Assembly: GCA_002633005.1 (NCBI GenBank)
Contig: NMRA01000008.1
Coordinates: 812,985 to 876,984, forward strand
From: Phoronis australis
Lineage: Eukaryota; Animalia; Phoronida
DNA: 64,000 bases
Direction of reading: 5' to 3'
Shown here: positions 38,101-50,720 of the stretch, in pieces
Layout: the number at the start of each line of letters is the position of its first letter
Position numbering within the stretch: the first letter of the stretch is position 1
Notes under the pieces: generated by a model
Told to the model about the DNA's origin: nothing
What the model saw: only the letters and a program-made list of their open reading frames with translations
Databases searched by the model: none
Program-made: the position numbers and the translations under genes

Positions 38101-39041
38101 CATAAACCATATCAAAGTACTGTCTAGAAGTTTCTCATGAATCAAATCAACCATTTCTAAAACATGATGTTCCCAAGGAAAAGAAAATTCGGTCATTTTT
38201 CTAGAAAATGTACAGCTGTGCAAAACTGATGTCTAACAGATGCAAAACAACAAACGCTAGCAACAGCTAGAGCACATTTACAGGTTTTCCATAATTACTA
38301 CAGACCAAAACTCTCATTTTGACAGACCTCATACATAAAAGTTACTACCAAAGGCGGTACAATTTTCCTATCCCCTAGAGAAGATTTACACCCATATTCT
38401 AGAAAATGTTTTTTCTTTGACAAAAATTGACAGAGAGGATTAAACCTTTTCAGAATGCATCAGACAAGCAGGCTAAGAATTGAAACTTATATATTCAACT
38501 TCAACAAAAGTATTTGGTATTTATAAAATTTAAAAATTCAAGGTTTTCAGGGTTCCTAATTAACTTCTGGGGATTTTTAAATGTGTCAAGTGCTTCGGTA
38601 AATACCGGCCAAAATTATCATTTGGTTAAGTGCTTTTTAAATATTTGATAAGATCAACAGCACAGACTGTAGCTAAACGCGACAGTGTTCTGCAGCGTGG
38701 TGTACAACTGTTCAATAGCATGAGACTGGTAACACAATACGCGGCGGAACATTTATATATCACTAATATATTACCACTGGGTTTCTAACCTACAAATTAA
38801 ACATTAATTCAAATGAAATGAATTTTGAATGCAAACCAAACCTTTAGAAGACAGCGTACCTACTACAGGTTAGCAGGTACAACAAGCAACACATGAGGCT
38901 TATTAGCACATCACACAATGGGGTATGTCATAAAATAGGGGGTCATTGCAGGGTTGAACAATTACCTTTTAGTTCACTGCATTCAAGCCAGGTACAAACA
39001 GGCTTAACAAGACCTGACTAAGAACCTATAGACAGATACAA

Positions 39042-39464
39042 GGTACCTAAACTACACAGTCAACAGACTCATAACATGACTCATGGACCTGCAAACACCG
39101 TCCACTGACTCACAAACATGGGAACGGACTCAAAAACACGATCCACGCACCCAAGTACACGAGACACGGACTCATACTTACGAGGGAACACGGTTAACGG
39201 ACCGCCAAACACGGGCCACGGACTCATCGGCTTCCTGGGTCAGTTGACATCTTCATTTTGTCCGTGACCCGTGTTTGACGGTCCGTTAACCGTGTTTCCT
39301 CGTGAATATGAGTCCCGTGTCCCGTGTATTTGGGTGCGTGGATCGTGTTTTGTGAGTCCGTTCCAGTGTTTGTGAGTCAGTGGACAGTGTTTGCAGGTCC
39401 GTGAGTCATGTTCATGCGTCCGTGCCTGTGTTTATGAGTCCGTTGACCGGGTAGTTTAGGTACC
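39042..39464. mobile_element. Fold-back element with long inverted arms built from short sub-repeats
   Basis: ggtacctaaactac...cacggttaacggaccgccaaacacgggccacgga, a spacer of about 40 bp, then tccgtgacccgtgtttgacggtccgttaaccgtg...gtagtttaggtacc. The arms are made of about 21-bp aaacacg..../acggactca units. Confidence 0.85.
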
Positions 39465-39714
39465 ATGAGATAGCACCTTGACTTCACAAGTTCACATGCA
39501 ACTTTCTATATAACACAACTGTTCTCAAACTTTATTCATAAAAACTGACTGTTTTAATAATATTTCCAGCAAAATACCTCATCTTCATTCTCGGGGAACT
39601 TCAGATACGAAATATAGTAAATACAGCGAGAAAAAGATTTAGCAGAATCACCTTCAACCATGTGGAAATTTGTTTACTTCTTATCCGAGATCAAAGGTTA
39701 CACGGCTGTCACTT

Positions 39715-40223
39715 AAGGCCCTTTCATACTGACTTAAAACTCTGGTCTGAGCAGATTGTCGATGTTAAAGCAGCGCACTTAACTAGACCGCTCATACTGG
39801 CTTCTCGGTTAAGTTAATGAACATCGAAGGAAACGGTAGGTGATGCTGTTGTCATCGAAGTTATGGCAAGGTAGCGCTGCATGCTAAGATTTTTTTCAAT
39901 GTGACAGTTTGGGAAATTCATTACATGTGGTAATTGACATTAAACTTATTTTTAAATTGATTGGTCATTATTAGAGCAAAATATAAGCAGCTATTAGTGA
40001 CGGCACTGCCCTGTAACTGTTGATGATAACAGTGGCACCTGGTGATAACTTCGACTGGACCGAAGTTAACTGTTCATACTGCACCACAGCGTCGACGCTG
40101 TGCTATTAAATCCACCTGTTAACAGCAATGCTGGAGCTGTTAACTGCGATCCAGGACCAGAGTTAAGCGTTCATACTGACCGCAACTCCCCAAAACGTCG
40201 ACGCGTTAGTATGATTAAGGCCT
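39715..40223. mobile_element. PIF/Harbinger-like MITE
   Basis: Termini aaggccctttcatactga / tagtatgattaaggcctt with internal (t)catactg repeats; a related inverted copy lies at 29580-29950. The superfamily is inferred from the GGCC-type ends only. Confidence 0.6.
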
Positions 40224-42359
40224 TTTAAACTGAATCCCTCCCAGGCATATATCAGTTCCATATGTTACCCTAAGTCTTTTTAATCACCATTAGTTGTGAT
40301 AACATGAAGCCAACGAGGTGTATCATACAAAGGTGCCGTGGAAAACGAATAGAAAACGTAGGTTTGATCCTAAGGGAGTTGACTGCGACTGCATGCATAC
40401 GACCATACACCTTCCCATATAGTCCCATGCTCTATAGTCACATACTGCAGTCATAAACATTATTCTGAATGTATAGAGAAGACTTTAGATTTAGGAGATT
40501 GTAAAGATAGACAAGCACTTGTTAACACTACACACACAAAATACACCAAACATTTCGTGTCAGGAAAGTCTTCCTAATACTCGTTCACTAACTGACTAAA
40601 ATGTAAGCATCATTGCTAGTTGCAAAAAACGAAAGTCATGGAATGGTTGCAAGCATCACTTTTGCAGGCTAGTTTGGATGCTCATGAGAAACCAGGTCAC
40701 AAGCTCTTTGCATAGATGTTGATAGATAGGCGTATCCATTGTTTATTGTTTTTCTTTCTTACAATTAAGATAGTGGCAAGCTTTATCCATAGGTTGCTGA
40801 TGTGCATCCAAGGTGTGATAACAATGCAACCTGTATTGTTATGTCGAATAAAAACGCAACAAAGGAAAACAACGGAAGTGTTCCATCGGCAATAACCATG
40901 CAACACTTACGCCCTGTCTCATGGATCTTGCAAATTAAACAATACCTTGCGACATCCATATGACATCATTAGGCACGGGTGGTGGTTTGAGTTAGGTCAT
41001 CACAGCTGGCGTTTTTATCAGCACTTTTGTAGCCAGACCGCTTACTTCAAAGGACACACATGCGCACGATTAAGAAGCATTCTAATCAATCCACGACCGT
41101 GAGTGAACACGTTGACATCAATTTCTCCTAAAAAGTGATTCAGGAAGTGAGGAAACAAAGTAACTCCTGATAATGAAAAAAGCCAAACACCGTTCTTCAG
41201 GTGACCTCTGACCGTCGTATCTGCACTATGCGATCTTTGCTTCGAATGATGTTTTCCCCGTAGTCCCAATGCTAAAAATGCACACAATAGCTAAGAATTC
41301 TGAATAGTTTTGGATTTTGCCATTGTTAAGCCAAGCATGCGCAGACTGGGCTCCTGTGACCAACTTCTGTGCTGATCCAGTTTCTAATAATGCCAAGTAA
41401 ATAGCACTGATGTGAATCAGCTCATATTGTGACATTTGTTCTGTGACATTACTTGTCCCATGACAACTCATTTGATGTCAAGCAGTTGTCCTGCAAAAGG
41501 GGACTATGCTATCATATTTCTTGTGGTGTCCAGTAGATCAATTCTCAGACAAAATAGGTGTTAATGCAGAGCTTTTTGAGTTAATAACAAAAGTAAAGCA
41601 ATTCAGTTGATTACTGCCACAGAAACCCTATTGAAGTCAGATGAACCAGTGATTAACTGAGACTTCAGTGAGTACTTCAAACTAAAATAAATAAACAGTC
41701 AATAGAGGGTTACCTGCCTGGTATTTACCTTCTAACAATGACAGGGAAAAGTATAAAATGGAACAAGCCAGGCTAAGGTAAATAGAAAGCACAGGTGCAA
41801 GGAACCAGTCCAAAAGGAGTTAATTAGCAGGGATTTGGCCAAAAGTCTAGTCAGGCCTACAACTTGTAAACAGAGACAAACTTGAAAAGTCAGCTGGGTT
41901 TATCTTTGGCGTCCACTCAATGCCATGCCATAGGGGCACTAAAATTCCCGAGTACGCAACATTATGACTATAAGGTCTAAAAAGCATAGTTCATTTTGGC
42001 TTGTGTTTTCTGTTGAAAACAGTTGAATGAAAGGGCCACAGTTCATCATAACTTCAGTGGAAACTGACCCTCTAATCATAAACTGTACAGCCTGGACTTA
42101 CTGCTATAAATGAGACACTCAATCGGTCATCATGGAAACGAAGTCATTCAGCTATTTACCTGCAGTGCAATGAAGAAAAGTTGAACTAAAAATCTTGATT
42201 AATTAAGGAGCAGTAGGACCGTGGGCGACAATATGATAGATTGGGAATACTCCGTAAATGTCACATTCACGCAACAGAGCAGGGATACTTTGCATATGTT
42301 ACATTCATATTTCAATCAGAGAACACGATGGATACTTTTGGTCATCCAGTTCAGTAAAT

Positions 42360-42617
42360 AATATGTAGAAAATTAAATCAATTACTGGACTTACGGATTG
42401 AGTTGGCTACGTTGCGTCCTCCTCTCGAGGACTTCGGCAGGCCACTGTTATGTCACTTGACTCAGTGCGATCGGTAGCACAGTTCACGTAAACTGGGCTG
42501 TCGATCACATGACGAGTCACGTGACATCTCAGTGGCCTACCGAAGTCCTCGAGAGAAGGACGCAACGTAGCCAACTCAATCCATAAGTCCAGTAACTGAG
42601 ATAATTTTCTACATATT
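42360..42617. mobile_element. Almost fully palindromic 258-bp MITE-like element
   Basis: aatatgtagaaaatta...ttactggactta.ggattgagttggctacgttgcgtcct.ctctcgaggacttcgg.aggccactg is mirrored exactly on the right; the centre is cagtt-cacgta-aactg. Confidence 0.88.
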
Positions 42618-45149
42618 TCAATCAGAGCTAAGCATGCCAAGTAACCCCGTATCTGATACAATTACTGCTCTACCTATTCCCACAAAATTAAATAATTAAT
42701 TTTATCCTAGAGGCAGGGACGAGCGAAATAAGTAGACTGGTCAGAACCATCGTCAGAAGAATATGCAAAGACAAACTTAAAAACACGTATTTAAATATTT
42801 TGGCTTCCCAAGTACGTTTTTCATAGGTACTGTGTCGGCATACAAATTGTGCATATGGTGTGCAAATTATAGCCACACCTTGAATGATTAAAAAGTAAAA
42901 ATGGCGACTGTTCAGATTAAGAGAAAGGTAAAACATTGAGAACTAATTTTGGATGTGCTAAAAATTTTAATGCAAAATTTTAGAGTGTTTATTGTAATCT
43001 TTATTAAGGTTAGTATGAAGAACACTAGAAAAATTACGAATTCCACTAACTTCAGAATATCATACATCAGAAATACTGAAACATTCATATCCTTTGTGTA
43101 TTGCTCTCCAAAACGCTGCCAGGTCACTGTCATGATTTTCATCAAAAAATCAAACATTCCATAATTTGAAAACGAAATAATAATTTAGAAAACTGAGTAT
43201 TTTTGAGATTTCATCTTGAACATTTACAAGCAAAATTTGGTTATATTATACTGTTATCAATTGTACTTTCCTGTTTCGCTAAATTTTATTAGAAATACAT
43301 GCTGAATGTGATCCAATCAATCACAGATTGGTGGAAACTAAAAATAACCAATTTCTATACAAATGTCTGCTTTGATAAAATACAGACCTTTATAACATCC
43401 TGAGGATATTTGTCAAAATACACAGACTGTGCACATTTCTCAAATCTAACATTCAAGTCACTGAACAAGTCAGGTCATTAAAAATTAAATTAATGGTGTC
43501 TACACTTACCATGCTAATAAAAAATCAAAGAAACAAAATTGTGAAAATTTTCCATCTTGCAACTACCCTTAGTGATCCAAACTGACGAAATTCTGGTAAA
43601 CAGGCAGTGATCAGTTCTGAATGGCAACAATACAGGCACACGACAATGTGGGTGAAATGCAGTCAACGAATGTTCAATGCACTCAAAACAAGCACCAATG
43701 AGCTACATAATTAATATAGATGTAAAGATTAAATTTACACTAGCTCTATTACCCTGGGACATGACAAGTACTCAACAGCTAAGAGGCAGAGTAGGAAATG
43801 CGCACAACAAGAATCCTACGAAGAGTGACAGTTCTACTATCAGAGTTGCCTCTATCGTGGAAAGTTTTTACCTATAATTTGGTATTTGTTTTAGTGCTCG
43901 TAGGCCTACCAATATTCTCAGATGCCACTCCATCCATCCAGGTAGGACTGAACAACAAAATACAGTTAAAAATAGATGTGGGTGACAAGCTTAGAACTAA
44001 ATAAGAAGAAGCTCAATTTTTCCTAAGTCAATGGTATCGTAACTTGATTTGTGATCACCTCACAGCAAAATTAATATCACAATACAGAGTGACTAGAGTT
44101 GTCCGAGTATTATATAAAGGAACATTCCCTCAGAAACGTAATTCTGCCGAAACGTGCAATCCAACCACTAGCTCCACAAAAGCAGCCCAATGTCCAACTG
44201 CTGAGCCACAAATCATGTGTTGACTAGTAGAATATTATTTAAGCATATTTAAATTAATGATTTTAGAGAATGTCTGTCAAGAAACTTTTTTAATTGTCAC
44301 ATAGCACAAAATGCTTTTCCATGTTCAAGGTCTGCAACGCAGCTACCACCAAAAGATATTTTGAAAAATTCTGGCCATTCGCAACAGTGTTAGAAGCCCT
44401 TGAAACATTAAAAAGGCAATTTAGGAACTTTTTTAAGAAATTTGCAAGATATTCCTACAGAGAAATGAAACTTTGATTTTAGTTCAACAGTTGAAGTAGA
44501 TATCTACGGGGCGAAATGTGTGTGCTTGCTTACGTACTAGTATCATTGATAGTATATACACCATGCAATAGAACAGTACTACATTTGTACAGTAGCTGAA
44601 AGTTCGATTTCTAGTTGAATAGCAGTTGAACACACAAAAGAGATCCAGAGTGAAGGAAATAACACCACTTGAAGCTTCTTGCACAATAGGGTTTAACAGT
44701 CCATGAATTTTCTAGGCTGAGCAAGTATTCCAACGTTTTTGATGTTACGGGTAATTGGATAGGTGGGTCCCTGACTTAAAAGTAAATTTGAGAACCAGTG
44801 GTTCCCACAGAATATTATCTGTGATTCGGTGGGAGTAAGACTGGTTCTCAAGTCAGTTTTGATCAGGGACCCTGACTTAACCGACTATTATTACCTCATT
44901 TGTTCTCCAAAAACACAGATCACTTATCTTGGAGAGACAGTTTTGTGGGTTGCTTAATGGTAATGCTCGCAGTCCGCAAAAGTGATAATTTGGGCCAGCA
45001 AAAGGCCTGCACCTTGGTCCTGCATGCACTTGGAAGTTGAATTGTGCAAAGAAGAATGACCGACGACACAGAGATGATAACGAACAGGACACTGTGTNCC
45101 CCCCCCCCCCACCCATTCAAAATTGGTAGTGGGAGTGTCGACTGTTCAA

Positions 45150-45580
45150 TCACAGACTACACACTAGCGTGACTGTGGACATCCTCTTGAGGCTGAGCCA
45201 GTCAAGTGAACATTTATTAAACGAGGCGCCGGGGAACATCCGACAACAAAAACGTAAACAAAATTACCTTCCTCTTTTTCAACTCCTTCGCTTTCAAAAA
45301 ATTCCATATCCACTTTCACATTATGCCGGCGGTTTTCACAAAACAACACGCTGTTTTGATTTTCATGTCGAGTCTTCGTGTTACACCACTGAAGATCCGC
45401 TCACCGAACTCAATCGATCTCCGCGAACTCTGAGAGCGGAATATTGATGTACCGTAAGTGAAAGTGATGTCGCAAAATTTACCGTTGAAAACTGAAACAG
45501 TGCTCGCGCGCGATTAGAGAATGCAGTGGCAACCACGAAAACCAAAGTATGATTTCCGTTTTGCCGGGTGGCGGGCCATA
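45150..45580 (-). promoter_or_regulatory. CpG-enriched patch, candidate promoter / first non-coding exon of the ANKRD55-like gene
   Basis: Visibly higher CpG content than the flanks, ctcgcgcgcga near 45503, a half X-box gtggcaac near 45526, and a minus-strand donor TTCG|gtgagc near 45403. Inference only. Confidence 0.3.
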
Positions 45581-47202
45581 TTTAAAATTAGCTACTGCTA
45601 TAAAGAGCAAACTATCTAAAAATAAATTTCTGGCAAATTTTTCAATGAGTTGTTTTAGATATGATAATATTATTTTAAACAATATTTGTAAAAACAATGT
45701 AGAAAAAAACGAAGAACCACGTGCGGGATAATGTATTTAATAATTTTTCACGGTTTGCCACCCCATGGAGCATGCGCTGGAACCTGATGACCACATTTTG
45801 ACTGGGCACATACAACTGGACGTAGGCCTAGTAGTGCATGCGGTGCCATAGGAAGCGGCACTAGCCTCCAAAAAGTTTTCAGGCGTGAGGGTTCAACCGT
45901 GGCAACCGACATAAGCGTGGGGCGGGGACAGTCGAGAAAAGAAAGGCTGCTAAATGCGGATAAGTGAGAAAATGAAGAGAAACATTTAACAACTTTGTAT
46001 CAGTGCATGGTTTACCTTTGGGGACCTTGGGCTGGACATTGTTGTTAGGGTCTCCGCTTTCACAGCACAGGTCGTCTAAAGCACTTGAAAATGTGCACGT
46101 AATGATTCATGCATTATATTTCGAAAAATCGAAAAAAATTGTAAAGCGAAGCTTTTGCGGAGCGTGTTAATTTACTTGATTTTTAAATTCAATAAGTCAA
46201 AATTTTGCGACTGCAAAACCATATTTTTCCAGAGGCACCTCTCTGGCAAGGGATAACGGAAACGACTGTCGTTTTTCCTCGAACTGTGTATCACTTGATG
46301 CCCTGACAGATATCATCAATTGCTGCAGATTTCTTGACTTTTCAAAATATTGATTATTTCATATTTAGGGGCCTCACCCTTGACGGAGGCCATTGATGAC
46401 ATTCAAGTGGCCACCCTTTTTATGTTTTTATTGACAAATTATTAAGGGTCCGCTCACTGGTAGATTGCCCAAATGTTGGACTTGATTACTCTAGTTTCCT
46501 GTTCTTTGTGAAATCGTGCAACTGATTTTCATGTTGAAGAGGATCTCTTCCTGTACCGTCTTGTGACCACACGACGGTGGAATGAACTGTCACTCTTTTT
46601 CAAGCTTAATGATGTTTTGTCTGTCATAATTAAGGTGTCCCATTTCAGACGGTACCCTCTCTCGATGGAGCAGTTCGGGGAAATGTCCCTCTGTCCCTCT
46701 ATACATGTTAATCCGACACCAGGGGCAGCGCAGCTCTGAAAAAAAGTGTGGGGGGAGGGGTTAAAGCCTCCCCCATCTCCCTGTGATGCACCGCCCATAG
46801 ACCATGGGCGGCCCAGCACTGAAAAAAGTTGGGTCTACCTGATAGCCTCCCAGCCCCCTTTGGTGCGCCTCCCATGGACACGGGCACTGAAAAAAGTGGG
46901 GGGGGGCTAAAGCCCCTCCAGCTCCCTTGTGGTTCGCCGAAACTGGATCATAAAACAAACCTTGACCTTCGACCCAGACGGCAGAAGAATATGTGCGAAT
47001 ACACTGTTGAAGCCCAACTATAGTTGCTTCAGGCAGCTTCCAGCTACCCGCCGTCAATACGCTGGCCCTAGACCCATTCTTCCTCTCCGTGAAAGTTTGT
47101 TGGTTCATGGTTACTCAAATCCTGATGGCTGCATCCCCGGTATTCGGTATTACCCGCACCTATGGCGGACGTGGGGGGGGGCAGGGGCGGATCCAGGATT
47201 TT

Positions 47203-48084
47203 NNNNNNNNNNNNNNNNNNNNNNNNNNNNNNNNNNNNNNNNNNNNNNNNNNNNNNNNNNNNNNNNNNNNNNNNNNNNNNNNNNNNNNNNNNNNNNNNNN
47301 NNNNNNNNNNNNNNNNNNNNNNNNNNNNNNNNNNNNNNNNNNNNNNNNNNNNNNNNNNNNNNNNNNNNNNNNNNNNNNNNNNNNNNNNNNNNNNNNNNNN
47401 NNNNNNNNNNNNNNNNNNNNNNNNNNNNNNNNNNNNNNNNNNNNNNNNNNNNNNNNNNNNNNNNNNNNNNNNNNNNNNNNNNNNNNNNNNNNNNNNNNNN
47501 NNNNNNNNNNNNNNNNNNNNNNNNNNNNNNNNNNNNNNNNNNNNNNNNNNNNNNNNNNNNNNNNNNNNNNNNNNNNNNNNNNNNNNNNNNNNNNNNNNNN
47601 NNNNNNNNNNNNNNNNNNNNNNNNNNNNNNNNNNNNNNNNNNNNNNNNNNNNNNNNNNNNNNNNNNNNNNNNNNNNNNNNNNNNNNNNNNNNNNNNNNNN
47701 NNNNNNNNNNNNNNNNNNNNNNNNNNNNNNNNNNNNNNNNNNNNNNNNNNNNNNNNNNNNNNNNNNNNNNNNNNNNNNNNNNNNNNNNNNNNNNNNNNNN
47801 NNNNNNNNNNNNNNNNNNNNNNNNNNNNNNNNNNNNNNNNNNNNNNNNNNNNNNNNNNNNNNNNNNNNNNNNNNNNNNNNNNNNNNNNNNNNNNNNNNNN
47901 NNNNNNNNNNNNNNNNNNNNNNNNNNNNNNNNNNNNNNNNNNNNNNNNNNNNNNNNNNNNNNNNNNNNNNNNNNNNNNNNNNNNNNNNNNNNNNNNNNNN
48001 NNNNNNNNNNNNNNNNNNNNNNNNNNNNNNNNNNNNNNNNNNNNNNNNNNNNNNNNNNNNNNNNNNNNNNNNNNNNNNNNNNNN
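47203..48084. other. Assembly gap (N run)
   Basis: Continuous N. It is flanked by caggggcggatccaggattt and ctaaatccgctactg, which look like the inverted ends of a short repeat element. Confidence 0.99.
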
Positions 48085-48186
48085 TCAGACATTCGCACCT
48101 CCGAACTGCCAAATGGAACATGAGGGAGTTTTAGGGGGACCATGGCCCCCTTGGCCCCCCTCTAAATCCGCTACTGATATCATATG

Positions 48187-49923
48187 GATTCATTTTTTAA
48201 TATTCTTTTCAATCTCGTTTAACCAGATTTTTTACCAGGAAACAGTTGTTGTGCCCACTTTTCATTTTTTATTACTGACAAAGAGCTAGAATATTTATAT
48301 AGTCAGCTCCATCGAAATTGTCCAGAGATTCCAAACCTTCAGTTTGATTATCACCATATTTGCACTTTTGTATATATTATATGATTGAAGTTCTAATAAA
48401 GATTAAACTTTAATGACACGTGAAATGTTTAGTGTACCTGTAAGGTGGTAAGTTTAGGAATGGGCTCACAATGAACTTAACTAATTAAATGGATTAGCTG
48501 GCGATCAAAATCTACCACTATTTTGGTACTTCAGGTTCAACCCGTTCCCGGCAGAAGCATTAAAAATTAAATAAAGAAAACAAATATGAAACTTATCGTT
48601 CCTTTGGGAAGTGGCCTTTTGTGAAGACAAACACAAGTTAACTTTTTTAGTCATTTTGTAATATTTAGAATGTACCAAGTTAAAACTATTCTCCAGAGCT
48701 GCAGCAGGCTATAACTCTGCAAATGTCAGAGAAAACCAAATTGGGGGTACCAATAACAACCATTGTTGAAACAGTTAACGCTAGCAATTACCTTTCCATT
48801 CCATTAGCTCAGATCTACATCAATACAAAAGGTGTGCTGAATAGGCCCCGTAAAAGTTGTCTGGGGCTTAGGGAATCAGAGCGGTCACCAATGTGAGCGA
48901 GAAATTCTCCACATCATAGCTGCTGTGCGGTCTCCACGACGAGGGAAGCTCGTAGTCCATTACCTGTGAAAAACTGACACCCAATACCTCCGTCAATATC
49001 AAAACCAGTCTTGAAATAGCCTGTACACCCATTTAAATACATGACTCCAATAAACTGTCCCCTTTTCAATAACAAAATTGGGGAACTCATACCCAGTCGA
49101 TACTCAAAAAACGCAACTGCCGGGAAAACGCCGCTAGTCACTGTTCGCCAGTGCCGGACTCAGCAAGCCAAGAAGAGTCCCCCCGTCTTGCCAGGTCAGT
49201 CTAGTAGGATTTCCTCTGTGTCGTCTGCGTTAGGAAACGTCACGTTTTTGGACAAAAGTTTAAAGAACCGGTAAGGTTAATGGAAACAAGTAAAGATGGA
49301 ATGATTTTGTTGGCTCAGTCGTATGTCTCATACTTGTTATCAGGTATAAGGCATGCGAGCTCATTTCGAACATTACATAGGCCTTTGTTGCAGTTTTAAC
49401 TAAGGACAAAAGTTAATTGGTGTTTATCTTGACAGAGGGCCACTTCCCAAAGGAACGGTGGTTTTAAATATGTTTTATACCGGTTTTCGTTATTTCATTT
49501 TAAGTTCTCCTGTCTACTTTTTTCTTACCGCGAAGGAGCTGACATCTTTTTATTTTATCTTTAAACTTGTACCAAGCAGTGGTAGATTTTGATCGCCAGT
49601 GAAACTTAATTAGTTTAGTTAATTGTGAACCCATCCCTGAACTTTCCAGAATGCAGCTACACTAAACATTTCACATCGAACAAGAACTGCACGTGTCAAT
49701 AGTTCAAGATTAATCTTTATTAGGTCTCAAATCATAAAATATACAAATTGCAAATATGACTGAAGATTTGTAATCTCTGGACAATTTTGGTTGCATTGAC
49801 TACATAACTATTCTAGTTTTTTTTCAGTCATAAAAAATGAAGAGTGGGTACAAGTGAAGTACAACTGTTTCCTAGTAAAAAAGCTGGTTAAACGAGATTG
49901 AAAGATTATTAAAAGAAAAATCC
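48187..49923. mobile_element. Large fold-back element with diverged inverted arms of about 500 bp
   Basis: The left arm (about 48187-48690: tttcaatctcgtttaaccag, aaattgtccagagatt, ctggcgatcaaaatctaccact, cgttcctttgggaagtggcc) is mirrored in 49392-49923 (ggccacttcccaaaggaacg, agtggtagattttgatcgccag, aatctctggacaattt, ctggttaaacgagattgaaa). Confidence 0.88.
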
Positions 49924-50319
49924 AGGGTTTGTAAATTCATCGAGCATATCAATACGCACGGCCGTTTATCTTCAATCGTACCCTGTCCCAGTGTTTGTAG
50001 TTTTTAGCTCATTAGTTCATCGATTTTTAAAATTCGAAAATCTTGCTTGGTTGTTTTTCCAGCTGAATACCGCCATGCTGTTCGTTTTTAACGAAAACTA
50101 TTGGTTAAGGAATTTTGAGAATTCTTCATTATGTACAGGCAGAGATGTTTACTAGTCAGGAAGAGATAACCAGGAAGGGACAACTGTTTTAGCGCATTTT
50201 AACGTGATTTTAAACGTGATTTCAAAAGTAATTGTTCAAGTTATCTGAAATCCAAGCATTATGTTTGAAATATTAACTCTTTAGCTATAAAATTACACCA
50301 CTTTGGTCCGCAAAGACTA

Positions 50320-50720
50320 CATATTACTGGCACTGGGATTCTTTGAACGTGACACCCTTCCAAAAGATGCCTCTTTCCAGGCATGTACTCAACCTAGCCC
50401 GACACAGACACATTACTGGGCATATGGGGAGCCCTGTGTGTCCCGAGTGTGGTACTGACGTAGAATCTCCTAAACACCTGGTAGAGTCTTGCCCAGCTTT
50501 TTATAGGCTAAGGAGCAACCTACTCGATGACATTGTTACATGCCTACAACATATAGTGCATGGCAACAAATGGAAACGTCTGTCCGTTTCCCTAAAGGAG
50601 ACTGGCAGACTTGAAAACTTTCTTCACGAGGAGCCATAATTGGGGTCTCGTGCCTTTGCTCAGGTGTTTTGTGCAATGGGCCCAACCATGAGGCCTGCGC
50701 ACGTCTGATGCACCGCAAAT
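50320..50720 (+). mobile_element. 3' remnant of a non-LTR retrotransposon (I/R1/LOA-like) with a CCHC zinc knuckle
   Basis: LARHRHITGHMGSPVCPECGTDVESPKHLVESCPAF matches the C-x2-C-x8-H-x4-C motif at the ORF2 C-terminus; the 3' UTR gtgcaatgggcc...ggcctgcgc resembles LOA-type ends. Confidence 0.75.

Noticed and set aside
46929-48289. Long ORFs of 320-400 aa in the track
   Set aside because: Artefacts of translating through the N gap.
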